Shown: in pieces, positions 28,803 through 38,030 of the stretch
Layout of the letters: every line of letters begins with the position of its first letter
Numbering within the stretch: position 1 is the stretch's first letter
DNA from: a virus
Lineage: Duplodnaviria; Heunggongvirae; Uroviricota; Caudoviricetes
Direction: 5' to 3' (one strand)
IMG/VR virus record: IMGVR_UViG_2913177423_000001
Location: 1 to 64,000 of that record
DNA length: 64,000 bases
Notes under the pieces: generated by a model
Told to the model about the DNA's origin: nothing
The model's database searches: none
The model's input: only the letters and a program-made list of their open reading frames with translations
Made by a program: the position numbers and the translations under genes

Positions 28803-30310
28803 TGGCTGGCGGGCGCAAGATTAAATGCGTCACCAGCGATCCACGCTGGCGCGATTGGGTAATCAAATACCGCTACAACTTTACCAAGGCTGTTATTGAT
28901 ATTTTTGGATTGTTTCCCTCACCTCAGCAGCAGGAGATTATCCAGTCCGTACAGCAAAAAGGGAGCAGAACCACTGTTACCTCTGGTCACGGTACAGGGA
29001 AATCGTCGTTAACGGCTATGTTGTTGCTGATTTATTTGATTCTGTTCCCCGATGCCCGTGTCATCATTGTTGCTAACAAGATAGGCCAGGTTAAAACAGG
29101 CGTATTCAAATACGTTAAACAGTATTGGGCGAATGCAGTTAAGCGTCACGGGTGGTTACAGACCTATTTTGTCCTGTCTGACACCATGTTTTATGAACGT
29201 TCCCGCAAAGGGATCTGGGAAGTTCTCTGCAAAGGTTATCGACTCGGTAACGAAGAAGCACTGGCGGGGGAGCACGCGGCACATTTGCTTCTAATTCTGG
29301 ATGAAGCATCAGGTATATCTGATAAAGCGATCGGCGTAATGACTGGCGCTCTGACTGAAGAAGATAACCGAATGTTGATGCTATCCCAGCCAACAAGGCC
29401 AAGTGGTTATTTCTACGATTCGCACCATTCTCAAGCTAAAACCCCAGACAACCCGAAAGGGATCTGGACAGCAATTGTTCTTAACTCAGAAGAATCACCG
29501 TTCGTCACACCACAATTCATCAGGCAGAAACTCCTGGAATATGGCGGTCGCGATTCTATTGAGTACATGGTTAAGGTGCTTGGTCAGTTCCCTCGGGAGA
29601 TTAACGGCTATTTGCTTGGTCGTGATGAATGCGATCGCGCAGCGCGGCGCAAGGTGTTGTTGGAGAAAAACTGGGGATGGGTGGCAACAGCTGACGTTGG
29701 TAACGGGCGAGACAAGTCAGTTCTTAATATCTGTAAAGTGTCTGGTCACCGGGAAAAGCGGCGTGTTGTTAACTTTAAGATAATGGAAATGCCAGGGACT
29801 ATGGACCCGCTGGCTTTTGCTGACTTTATATACAACGAATGCACGCCGGATAAATACCCGAATATTACAATCGCGGTTGACGCTGATGGTTTTGGTTCAG
29901 ATACCTGTGCGCAGTTGGTGCGCCGTGGTGCTAATCCGGTACGTATTCGGTGGGGGAAACCCATGTTTTCGAACAAAGACAAGGAGCGTTTTGTTAACCA
30001 GCGTGCCTACGCAAATATTATGGCTCGTGATGCCATAAAGTCAGGCCGTATGCGTATAGACAGTGACCCTAAAACGGCAGAGCAAGCGTCAAAAATCCCT
30101 TTTTTACTGAATGAAGAAGGGAAGATGGCGATGATGCGCAAAGAGCACATGCGGCAAAAGCTAAACATCAAATCGCCTGACCGATGGGATACCTACTGCT
30201 TCACTATGCTGGTGGACTATGTGCCTGCAAATGAAGATATCGGTGCGGAAATGGCTACCTTCCGCGACCAGGTTCTTGCAGACATAGAAATGCCGGATCT
30301 GGATATATAA
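28802..30310 (+). CDS. pacB: terminase large subunit, PacB-like
   Basis: Walker A TSGHGTGKSS, Walker B LLLILDEAS, 502 aa with C-terminal nuclease-size domain. Confidence 0.85.
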   Translation: MAGGRKIKCVTSDPRWRDWVIKYRYNFTKAVIDIFGLFPSPQQQEIIQSVQQKGSRTTVTSGHGTGKSSLTAMLLLIYLILFPDARVIIVANKIGQVKTGVFKYVKQYWANAVKRHGWLQTYFVLSDTMFYERSRKGIWEVLCKGYRLGNEEALAGEHAAHLLLILDEASGISDKAIGVMTGALTEEDNRMLMLSQPTRPSGYFYDSHHSQAKTPDNPKGIWTAIVLNSEESPFVTPQFIRQKLLEYGGRDSIEYMVKVLGQFPREINGYLLGRDECDRAARRKVLLEKNWGWVATADVGNGRDKSVLNICKVSGHREKRRVVNFKIMEMPGTMDPLAFADFIYNECTPDKYPNITIAVDADGFGSDTCAQLVRRGANPVRIRWGKPMFSNKDKERFVNQRAYANIMARDAIKSGRMRIDSDPKTAEQASKIPFLLNEEGKMAMMRKEHMRQKLNIKSPDRWDTYCFTMLVDYVPANEDIGAEMATFRDQVLADIEMPDLDI

Positions 30311-30335
30311 AGCCCCGGCGATGCGGGGCTTGTGA

Positions 30336-31373
30336 TTACCAGAGTTTGGCGGCGCGCTGTGTTTGGGAGAAAGTGAACCCGTAACGTTCTTCTATGGTTT
30401 TACCGTATCTTTTACGGGCATCTGTCAGTTTTATGCCCGTAAGGTCATCTCCGGACATCATCATTACGTCTATTAACTCCAGATCCATTTTATTCAGTCT
30501 CGCCATTGCTTCGCGCGCAGTTTGTATTTTACGCTCAATGATATGGCGAATAGCCGGATCGGCTTCTTCAAGCATTTTGGTCGATTTGTTCTTTAAGCTC
30601 TCACTGCGGATATCGATGTTCCGCAAGATGTATGACTTCGCAACATAGCTTGGTTGGTGCTTCTCCAGATCGCGAACGCGATAAAGACTAAAATCACCAA
30701 TCAGGCCACAAGGTATCGACTCGACCCCAGAATAAATAGTAATGCTGCGACGTTCGCCGACATTATTAACAACGGGTACTGTGGTATCCGGAAGTTTTGC
30801 GAAAACTAAGGCGCCATGTGCGCCGACCCTGAATCGTGACAGAGTATTGCTGTCTTCGATGTTTGTTGTCAGCACGACATCTGTATATCCCTCTTTGCGC
30901 GCCCGGTAAATTTCACCTTCAGGTTCCGCCGCAAAAAAGCGGCGCTCTTCTTCAAGCGCCCCAACAATTTGTGAAAAAATCTTGTTTTTCAGGCTCTTCT
31001 TAATAATTGCGTCATACTTTTTGAGCAAATTTTCGCGTGTAAATGAGCGAGTAGTAGTCGCGCTTTGCACAACAATATGCGTGCTTTGATTCGTGTCCTC
31101 TATGATGATTGGGATCGGAGAATATACAGACTCAACAATGTTAGACGCTTTGCCGTCGGCATTACGGCACAAGTCAACAAAGGCTTTCCATTCTGCGAGG
31201 CACTTTTCAGCTTCTTCTAGTACATTCTGGTCATGCGTTAGTGCAACGTGGCGGAATTCCTCGCCAGCATAACTGGTATCATGGAAAACAGAGTTTGCGA
31301 CCACCAGCTCTTTCCACCGTTCAGCGGTTTGCAGGAACCGTTTGTACTCTTTCTCGATCGACTTCTTACTCAT
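30336..31373 (-). CDS. hypothetical 345-aa protein; C1-like immunity repressor candidate by position
   Basis: convergent with large terminase and preceded by operator-like motifs, as for P1 c1; no sequence-level confirmation. Confidence 0.35.
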   Translation of the reverse strand: MSKKSIEKEYKRFLQTAERWKELVVANSVFHDTSYAGEEFRHVALTHDQNVLEEAEKCLAEWKAFVDLCRNADGKASNIVESVYSPIPIIIEDTNQSTHIVVQSATTTRSFTRENLLKKYDAIIKKSLKNKIFSQIVGALEEERRFFAAEPEGEIYRARKEGYTDVVLTTNIEDSNTLSRFRVGAHGALVFAKLPDTTVPVVNNVGERRSITIYSGVESIPCGLIGDFSLYRVRDLEKHQPSYVAKSYILRNIDIRSESLKNKSTKMLEEADPAIRHIIERKIQTAREAMARLNKMDLELIDVMMMSGDDLTGIKLTDARKRYGKTIEERYGFTFSQTQRAAKLW

Positions 31374-31384
31374 TATTCCTACTC

Positions 31385-31401
31385 GATTTAGTTTTCTAAC
31401 A
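31385..31401 (-). promoter_or_regulatory. C1-like operator motif copy
   Basis: GATTTAGTTTTCTAACA on plus strand, 12 bp upstream of the start of gene 30336..31373. Confidence 0.45.
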
Positions 31402-31562
31402 TAAAATTACTATGACAAATCTATGTCGAATAACAGGGTGAGTAAAGGATCAAGATGCGTTTTTTTATCATCAAATTTAGAAAATTCTGCTTAAAAACTG
31501 CCAGGCATAACTTAAAGCCCACGCCAGCAATGCATTGCCCATCTACGCGGGAAGGAAAAAAA

Positions 31563-31579
31563 TTCCTAATTTTCTAACT
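31563..31579 (-). promoter_or_regulatory. C1-like operator motif copy
   Basis: TAATTTTCTAAC core within the intergenic region between the repressor candidate and cre-like gene. Confidence 0.4.
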
Positions 31580-31758
31580 TTAGATAATTGGCATTATTTA
31601 AAGTTAGTATATAATAATGATCAAACGATCAGTATTGACAGACTCAAAAAGTCATGGTTCGAATCAAGGGCTTAAATTTTAAATTCTCACGGATAACTAG
31701 CCTGTCATTTTTTGTTTTTTCGCGTAGCGACACCAATTTATAGAGGTGAAATGATTAC

Positions 31759-32787
31759 ATGAGTAAACTTATTATCTCCGGTAATCCTGGCATGTTTCTT
31801 CGTGATATTGGTGCTGAGTACCAGGAAGCCGCCAAAAATTTCATGCAGTTCCTTAATGACCAGGGCGCTTACTCACCTAATACACTGCGCGATCTGCGCC
31901 TGGTCTTTCACTCCTGGGCGCGTTGGTGCCACGCTCGTGGTCTTGCGTGGTTTCCGATCTCCCCGGAAGCTGCCCGCGAATACCTGCTTCAACTGCATGA
32001 TGCGGATCTGGCTTCAACCACCATTGAAAAGCATTACGCCATGCTCAATATGCTGTTGTCACAATGCGGACTGCCGCAACTCTCTGATGACAAAAGCGTA
32101 TCCCTGGCGATGCGGCGCATCCGGCGCGAAGCTGCAACCGAAAAAGGCGAACGCACAGGCCAGGCTATACCGTTGCGGTGGAATGATCTGAAATGGCTCG
32201 ACGTGTTGCTGTCCCGTTCCGAGCGGCTGGTGGACCTGCGCAACCGGGCGTTTCTCTTCGTGGCATACAATACCCTGTTGCGTATGGCTGAAATGTCCCG
32301 CGTGCGTGTTCGCGATCTGGAACAGACTGGTGACACTGTAACGCTTCACGTATCCCACACCAAAACCATCACGACCGCCGCCGGACTTGATAAGGTGCTC
32401 TCCCTCCGGACAACTGCGGTTCTCAATGACTGGCTGGACGAGTCCGGACTACGTGATCACCCGGATGCGATACTTTTCCCGCCAGTACACCGGAGCAACA
32501 AAGCGCGGATCACCACCACGCCACTAACCGCGCCCGCGATGGAGAAGATTTTCAGTGACGCCTGGGCGCTGCTGGGTAAGAGTGATGCCACCCCAAATAA
32601 AGGCCGTTACCGGACGTGGACAGGCCACAGTGCGCGTGTTGGTGCCGCCATAGATATGGCTGAAAAACAGGTGTCTTTGGTTGAAATTATGCAGGAAGGT
32701 ACATGGAAGAAGCCCGAAACACTGATGCGTTATCTTCGTCGTGGCGGTGTGACAGCAGGTGCCAATAGCCGCCTCATGGATTCATGA
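31759..32787 (+). CDS. cre: Cre-like tyrosine site-specific recombinase
   Basis: 342 aa; near-colinear with P1 Cre including SWARWC, AMLNMLLSQCGLP, SLAMRRIRRE, AYNTLLRMAEMSRVRVRD and WTGHSARVGAA motifs. Confidence 0.9.
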   Translation: MSKLIISGNPGMFLRDIGAEYQEAAKNFMQFLNDQGAYSPNTLRDLRLVFHSWARWCHARGLAWFPISPEAAREYLLQLHDADLASTTIEKHYAMLNMLLSQCGLPQLSDDKSVSLAMRRIRREAATEKGERTGQAIPLRWNDLKWLDVLLSRSERLVDLRNRAFLFVAYNTLLRMAEMSRVRVRDLEQTGDTVTLHVSHTKTITTAAGLDKVLSLRTTAVLNDWLDESGLRDHPDAILFPPVHRSNKARITTTPLTAPAMEKIFSDAWALLGKSDATPNKGRYRTWTGHSARVGAAIDMAEKQVSLVEIMQEGTWKKPETLMRYLRRGGVTAGANSRLMDS

Positions 32788-32803
32788 GATTAAATTTCTA
32801 ACA
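32787..32803 (-). promoter_or_regulatory. C1-like operator motif copy
   Basis: AGATTAAATTTCTAACA overlapping the cre stop codon. Confidence 0.5.
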
Positions 32804-32861
32804 CACCTTTTTAGATTGTTATCTTTGCTGTAAAGTACCCTCTCCTATTTCGGAGGGTGCT

Positions 32862-33206
32862 TTGCAGAGTCAAATCACGGAATCAAGACGCTTTAAGGTT
32901 GATGGTTACACCGTAACCTTCGCCGCTGGTGTTAAGAACAGTCATGCTGTCGTTGTATTTGGCATCATGACCGGACTTGAGGCCGTCCCTGTGTTTACCC
33001 TCGAAAAAAACTGGCGAAATCTGGAGGAAGCGGAAAGCTACGTCCGGAGAGTAACCATCGCTGCCGCCGAAAAACTCCTGTCCCACTATCAGGAAAATTA
33101 TCGCACTATGGTCGAGAAGATTAATCTCGCTTTCACTCGCCCCACTACAGGCTTTATCGCCCCGGAGACTAATGCAGGTCGCTATCCTGCAAGGGGGCGT
33201 CGGTGA
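32862..33206 (+). CDS. hypothetical protein (114 aa), cra-like position
   Basis: TTG start with GGAGGG upstream; downstream of cre as cra is in P1. Confidence 0.45.
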   Translation: MQSQITESRRFKVDGYTVTFAAGVKNSHAVVVFGIMTGLEAVPVFTLEKNWRNLEEAESYVRRVTIAAAEKLLSHYQENYRTMVEKINLAFTRPTTGFIAPETNAGRYPARGRR

Positions 33207-33679
33207 AAAATTATTACCCATCTCTGAATTGTTACCCGTCTTCGTATCCGGAATTGTCCGGGAAGCTGTTAGCTCTATTGGCTAAATCACCAACTGAATG
33301 GTTTAGGCCAGTCGTTATCAATCCGCACTTCCTGGATTACGGATCTGTTCGCACTCGTAACGAACTCAAAAACCTGCTGGCGCATGGATTCATTCGACAT
33401 CGCGCCGGGAAAGGCTATCAGTTAGCGATTGCGCCAGAAGAGGCCGTGCGGCTATTCGCATATCGTGACAGCCAGACAAAAGCGCGGGTAATAGCTCAAA
33501 TACTTCATAACGGCAGCACCTATGCCCGCCAGTTTGGCGGCGACACGTCGCAGTTCTTGCGGGCTGTGCGATCGCTGGAAGAACAAGGAGTTATTGAAAG
33601 TTCCTGTCTTCCTGTTCCTACCGTTCCACATATCAAACGTCGGGTTTACACCTTCACGCAGAGAGCAAAAAAACAATGA
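33203..33679 (+). CDS. hypothetical protein (158 aa)
   Basis: GTG start with AAGGGGG upstream; coupled to flanking genes. Confidence 0.45.
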   Translation: MKNYYPSLNCYPSSYPELSGKLLALLAKSPTEWFRPVVINPHFLDYGSVRTRNELKNLLAHGFIRHRAGKGYQLAIAPEEAVRLFAYRDSQTKARVIAQILHNGSTYARQFGGDTSQFLRAVRSLEEQGVIESSCLPVPTVPHIKRRVYTFTQRAKKQ

Positions 33680-34170
33680 TTTACGTAAAAGTGAAACGCC
33701 TACATCCGGCAGCGAAACTTCCAGCTTATGCCACTGCCGGATCGGCGGCGATGGATTTTGAGGCTGTTGAAATAACACCGTGCGTCGATAGCAATGGTGC
33801 AATTTCCTCAAGCTGGTGGGTGCATACCGGGCTGGCTATGGAGATCCCGCCCGGCTGGTGTCTGAAACTCTATCCGCGTTCCGGATTGGGCTGCAAAAAA
33901 CATACTCGCCTGGCTAACTGTGTAGGAATTATCGACTCCGATTATCGCGGTGAAATCATGGCAAAACTGATTACTGATCCCGGCGGTGAAGGCGTTTGCC
34001 TCAAGCCAGGAATGGCGGTCATGCAAGGCATTTTTGAGCGTGTTGAACAAGTCTCTCTTGTCGAAGTTGAGGAACTCAACGAAACGGAACGTGGTGCTGG
34101 TGGCTTTGGTAGCACATCAGAAGGCCGCTTTGAAATTAAGCGTTCACCGCTTCAGTACGAAAAGTTATAA
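33676..34170 (+). CDS. dut: dUTP diphosphatase (dUTPase)
   Basis: trimeric dUTPase motifs RSGLG, GIIDSDYRGE and GGFGSTSEG. Confidence 0.85.
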   Translation: MIYVKVKRLHPAAKLPAYATAGSAAMDFEAVEITPCVDSNGAISSSWWVHTGLAMEIPPGWCLKLYPRSGLGCKKHTRLANCVGIIDSDYRGEIMAKLITDPGGEGVCLKPGMAVMQGIFERVEQVSLVEVEELNETERGAGGFGSTSEGRFEIKRSPLQYEKL

Positions 34171-34184
34171 GCAGAGGGACAACT

Positions 34185-34871
34185 ATGAAGGAAAAGCTTT
34201 TGAAGACGCTCCCTGAGTACAAATACCACGGAACCATTCGCGCATCGAAAATCAAAAAGATCAAGCCTATTGGCGGATTAATTCCTCTCTGGGGTGATAT
34301 TGAGGTCACCGAACCAAAAGGGGTAACGATTCGTGTTGATTTAATGTTTTTACAAAAATACCGACCACAAATTGGCGGGTATTTGGTCGTTCATGAGGAC
34401 GGATATTTGTCCTATTTATCAGAAAAAACATTTAAAGAGGGCTTTAGTCGAATTGATGACATCTCAGAAAATGAAACAACAGTCATCATTGCCGATGACA
34501 AAGGCATGATGATTAATCTTGCCGGGATCGTATCTATTTATGCTGATGACATCACTAACCAACAAGAAGAAATCGACCTTGAGGCAGCCGACTTTTCTGA
34601 CGCGCTGATGTGGCTGAAGGATGGCAAGAAAGTTGCTCGACGCGGGTGGAACGGCGAAAACCAATTCTGCTGGCTGGTTCCTGACAAACAGGGCGCTTCA
34701 AGACTAACCCCTATAAAACATGCCGCAAGCGGAGAGCTTGAAATCAATTTCGGCTCGCCCCTTGCTCCTTATGGAGAGCATTTCACTTTGAAAAATGCAC
34801 AAGGTGTCTTTCTTCCGTGGCTACCTTCTGTCGGCGACCTGCTGGCATGTGACTGGTTTGTAGTGGAGTGA
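34185..34871 (+). CDS. protein with C-terminal DUF2829 (Tad2-like) domain
   Basis: C-terminal ALMWLKDGKKVARRGWNGENQF and WLPSVGDLLACDWFVV are a strong DUF2829 signature; unique 130-aa N-terminal domain. Confidence 0.6.
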   Translation: MKEKLLKTLPEYKYHGTIRASKIKKIKPIGGLIPLWGDIEVTEPKGVTIRVDLMFLQKYRPQIGGYLVVHEDGYLSYLSEKTFKEGFSRIDDISENETTVIIADDKGMMINLAGIVSIYADDITNQQEEIDLEAADFSDALMWLKDGKKVARRGWNGENQFCWLVPDKQGASRLTPIKHAASGELEINFGSPLAPYGEHFTLKNAQGVFLPWLPSVGDLLACDWFVVE

Positions 34872-34877
34872 TTTGAC

Positions 34878-35651
34878 ATGGAAAGCACCAAAACAACTCA
34901 ATACCGCTTGCGTAATGGCCTGCTGGTGGCTGTTAACGCCGACATGTCACTGCCGTTTGACACGATAGAACGCACTATCATGACGTATCTCGGCTTTAAT
35001 GAAGAGCTGAATGAAGAGCATGGCGTAGCTATATGGAGTGATGCAGACAGCGGCGTTCGTCGTTACATCACTGCCAGAGGCAAAGACTACTCTCTGGAAG
35101 AACTGTTTACCCTTGCGCAGTCTTTCGAATGTGTAGCATTGGACCTGTTTAATGATCCTGCTATAGCGCAACGACTTATCCGCGAGCTTGGGCTGTCGGT
35201 TACCCCAATTATCTTTAAAAATGGCAGCCTGACTGGCACATGGCGCGTAGAGCGCATCTCAAACTACCTTCCATATAACCGCCAGTTAAACGGGGTAATT
35301 TCCGGCGTCAATCAGCCTGTAGCGTGTGAAAACGCAAACCTGGTTGTCGCTGTTTTGGCAACTGCATGTCGCGTTATTGGTTTGACTAAACAGGCATTTA
35401 TCCATTTTCCCAATGGTGCAGAAGGTGGCGTAGAAATTATCGCGTGTGATTTCGAATTTACCTGGATGCTTCGTGAATATCTGGACCGAACAGTGTTCCG
35501 CGCCGAAGAACTGGATCTGTATATCACGTCAACGATTCCTGATGATGTGCGAGCTGAAGCAATCGCTACAGCCAGAGCGAAATGCCGTGCGTCGATTGCA
35601 GAACAAGCCAAAGAAGAAGTTACAGTTAAGGAAGTGGCAGATGGTAACTAA
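34878..35651 (+). CDS. hypothetical protein (257 aa)
   Basis: ATG at 34878; stop overlaps start of next gene. Confidence 0.5.
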   Translation: MESTKTTQYRLRNGLLVAVNADMSLPFDTIERTIMTYLGFNEELNEEHGVAIWSDADSGVRRYITARGKDYSLEELFTLAQSFECVALDLFNDPAIAQRLIRELGLSVTPIIFKNGSLTGTWRVERISNYLPYNRQLNGVISGVNQPVACENANLVVAVLATACRVIGLTKQAFIHFPNGAEGGVEIIACDFEFTWMLREYLDRTVFRAEELDLYITSTIPDDVRAEAIATARAKCRASIAEQAKEEVTVKEVADGN

Positions 35652-36735
35652 GAGCAATATTTATAAAGATCCGCGCTGGCTGTCGCTGGTGGAGAAATAT
35701 AAAGACAATTGGGTACTGGCAGCAAAAGAATTGTTTGATATTGATTTAAGCCACCAGCAACAACAAATTGTTGAAGCTATACAGCCCAATAATGCAAAAG
35801 CTACTGTCACCACTCCGCATGGGATCGGACGACCGCAAGTGCTTGCTGTTATTAGTACCCTTTATACGATTATGTATCCTGATTCCCGGACAGTAATTGT
35901 TTATCCAAAATCAAATGCTTGCAAAAGAGGAATTGTTGCATATGTGTGGCAATGTTGGGAGGCATTGCTGAAAAAACAACCTTTTATCATTGAGTATTTT
36001 AAGGTCGGTGATAGCGGTCTGATGTTCAATGAATTTTGGGGAATGTGCTTTTGTAACTACCGCCTTAACTATGAAGATAGCATTGCAGGTCACTACGCCG
36101 ACCATCTTTTATTCATTATTGTGGATTCCGCACATATCAGCGATCGGGCATACAGTATTGTGTGGGCAAGCATGACTAGTGGTGATTCACGCATATTGCT
36201 CACTTCAATTCCGTCACCAGAGGAAATAGGCTTTTTTTATGATTCACATCATGGACGTGCTTTAGCTGAAGATAATCCGAGTGGTGTCTATAAAGCCATT
36301 AAGCTGAGTGCTGAGGATTCACCATTTATTACCCAAGAATATCTTGATCATTTTGCCGAAAGGTATGGCGGGCGAAATAGTGATGACTATCGTCGTATGA
36401 TTCTTGGTGAGTTCCCTGGTATTAGGGAGGCTGTTCTTGAATCAGATATGCCGAAGACAATGCGCTTTTCGATGCCTGATGGTAGTGAATGGACAATGCC
36501 ATTACGAGTGATAGCCCGGCATCATGCGCAGCACCACGCCAAAAAACATAGCGTCACGACATTAGAATGGTTGAAATCGCACACTATTCCACTCTTCACT
36601 GCAGATCACAATGCTATCGTTGAGTGGGCCAAAACAATTCCGTGGGAGCATGTCGCTGAATACGCTCACATGCTAAAACCGCCGAAAGACAGACACGAAA
36701 TTAGCTGGCTGACAGCCGAAAAAATCATTGAATGA
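35641..36735 (+). CDS. terminase large-subunit ATPase-domain paralog with degenerate Walker motifs
   Basis: ATG at 35641 overlapping upstream stop; aligns to PacB-like N-terminus (DPRW, QQQ-I, GFFYDSHH, DNP-G, SPF-T) but Walker A is PHGIGRPQ and Walker B IIVDSAH; no nuclease domain. Confidence 0.6.
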   Translation: MVTKSNIYKDPRWLSLVEKYKDNWVLAAKELFDIDLSHQQQQIVEAIQPNNAKATVTTPHGIGRPQVLAVISTLYTIMYPDSRTVIVYPKSNACKRGIVAYVWQCWEALLKKQPFIIEYFKVGDSGLMFNEFWGMCFCNYRLNYEDSIAGHYADHLLFIIVDSAHISDRAYSIVWASMTSGDSRILLTSIPSPEEIGFFYDSHHGRALAEDNPSGVYKAIKLSAEDSPFITQEYLDHFAERYGGRNSDDYRRMILGEFPGIREAVLESDMPKTMRFSMPDGSEWTMPLRVIARHHAQHHAKKHSVTTLEWLKSHTIPLFTADHNAIVEWAKTIPWEHVAEYAHMLKPPKDRHEISWLTAEKIIE

Positions 36736-36743
36736 TATCAACA

Positions 36744-36775
36744 AAAAGCCCGCCTGGTCTGGCGGGCTTCTTTTC
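36744..36775. terminator. bidirectional intrinsic terminator
   Basis: GCCCGCC-tggtct-GGCGGGC hairpin with A-run before and T-run after, between convergent genes. Confidence 0.7.
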
Positions 36776-37163
36776 ATAACACAGGGCAATCGTCAAATTC
36801 CCCACTCCGGGCATCATTGATGATGTGGGTGATCACGCCAAACACAGCATTGCTGCCTGTATATCCATCGTCATCCTTCGGCAACGCTTCCTTCTTGCCG
36901 GATCTTAAATCCTCCAGGTGCTGATGCGGATGCTTCCGGTATCTCTTTACGCGATATTCCCCCTCTATAGCACATACAAGCAGCGAACCATCAACTGGAG
37001 TGAGTGAGGAATCGACCACAAGCAACGCTCCTTGCAATATGCCTTCGCGGTAATGGCTGTCAGCCGCCCGCATGAAGTAGGTGGCTGATGGATGCCTGAT
37101 TAGGTGCTGATCAAGAGATATGCGGCGTTCAGCGTAATCCGCCGCAGGAGAAGGGAAGCCCAT
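36774..37163 (-). CDS. humD: UmuD-prime-like protein (HumD-like)
   Basis: 129 aa; S24 peptidase core LLVVDSSLTPVDGSLLVCAIEGEYRVKRY lacking the UmuD N-terminal arm, as in P1 HumD. Confidence 0.8.
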   Translation of the reverse strand: MGFPSPAADYAERRISLDQHLIRHPSATYFMRAADSHYREGILQGALLVVDSSLTPVDGSLLVCAIEGEYRVKRYRKHPHQHLEDLRSGKKEALPKDDDGYTGSNAVFGVITHIINDARSGEFDDCPVL

Positions 37164-37181
37164 AGCGTTTTCACCTCTAAA

Positions 37182-37201
37182 TACTGTTTATATATACAGT
37201 A
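37182..37201. promoter_or_regulatory. LexA (SOS) box
   Basis: TACTGTTTATATATACAGTA, perfect CTGT-N8-ACAG, about 20 bp upstream of humD start. Confidence 0.8.
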
Positions 37202-37261
37202 TACATTAAAGAGGCTTGAAGTGTGCAATAGAGCGATGCTTTGCGCTCGCCTGGTGGCGCG

Positions 37262-37513
37262 TTATTTTTTGGCTATATCATCTTTCTGATATACCGGATC
37301 GTTCCCTTTTGGCAGCTGGAGGCTTAACTGCCGGTAGTGCCGTAGCCGTTCCATGAAATAGGTGCGCAGGTTCTCCGGCTGCTCACGGGCTACCTGTTCC
37401 GCTATGACGGGTATGTTCAATCGCTCTTTGTAGGCTACGCCGCTGGCAGCAAGATCTACGTTTACCTTGTCTCGCTCTTCCTGATTTTTAGCCGCAATAT
37501 TCCAGTCTGACAT
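37262..37513 (-). CDS. hot: DNA polymerase III theta-subunit homolog (Hot-like)
   Basis: 83 aa; [36 protein letters not shown] closely matches HolE. Confidence 0.8.
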   Translation of the reverse strand: MSDWNIAAKNQEERDKVNVDLAASGVAYKERLNIPVIAEQVAREQPENLRTYFMERLRHYRQLSLQLPKGNDPVYQKDDIAKK

Positions 37514-37534
37514 AAAATAGCCCTAATTTATTGA

Positions 37535-37948
37535 TTAGTGTTCATCCCAGGGAGACATATCCGGAAGGGTATCAACAATACGGAATTTACCGGGATAACG
37601 GTATCTACAGCCCGCCTGAGTCCATACAGTAACGACAAATCCCCCGCCCTGTTCATCTTCAGGTAGCAGGCGATCTGCTTGCTCGGAAACCATGTGGACC
37701 ACAAAAGGAGCATCACTACCGTCTTCGAATAGCACCTCAAGGGCGTCCCGGCCTTCCAGGCTACCTCTGCTGATGATGACATATTCTGCACCGCGCATTT
37801 CTTTCAACAAATGCTTTGCGGAGTCAGGCACAAGCAACCTGGCTGCGCCAGCGTTCCACGAGAGATACACATATCCAGCTCGTGCATTTTCTGACTTCCA
37901 GTAGTCAGTTTCCTTTAACGCCTGACCTTCGTTCTTAATGAAAAACAT
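37535..37948 (-). CDS. hypothetical protein (137 aa)
   Basis: ATG at 37948 preceded by AAGGGAG; track start lies further upstream. Confidence 0.5.
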   Translation of the reverse strand: MFFIKNEGQALKETDYWKSENARAGYVYLSWNAGAARLLVPDSAKHLLKEMRGAEYVIISRGSLEGRDALEVLFEDGSDAPFVVHMVSEQADRLLPEDEQGGGFVVTVWTQAGCRYRYPGKFRIVDTLPDMSPWDEH

Positions 37949-38030
37949 AAAAACTCCCTTTTCAAATTTTCGAGTAAACAACTTAGCGCGGAATCAGTAT
38001 TCGCCCCAAGATGTAAAAAGTCCACCAGCG

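Noticed and set aside
31526-31537. Perfect palindrome GCAATGCATTGC as a lox site for the Cre-like recombinase
   Set aside because: lox-type sites have 13-bp arms around an asymmetric spacer; this element is too short and fully symmetric. It may be a regulator binding site instead.
37104-37289. Plus-strand ORF 37104..37289 (61 aa)
   Set aside because: It overlaps the humD start codon and the LexA box on the opposite strand and starts with GTG; most likely spurious.
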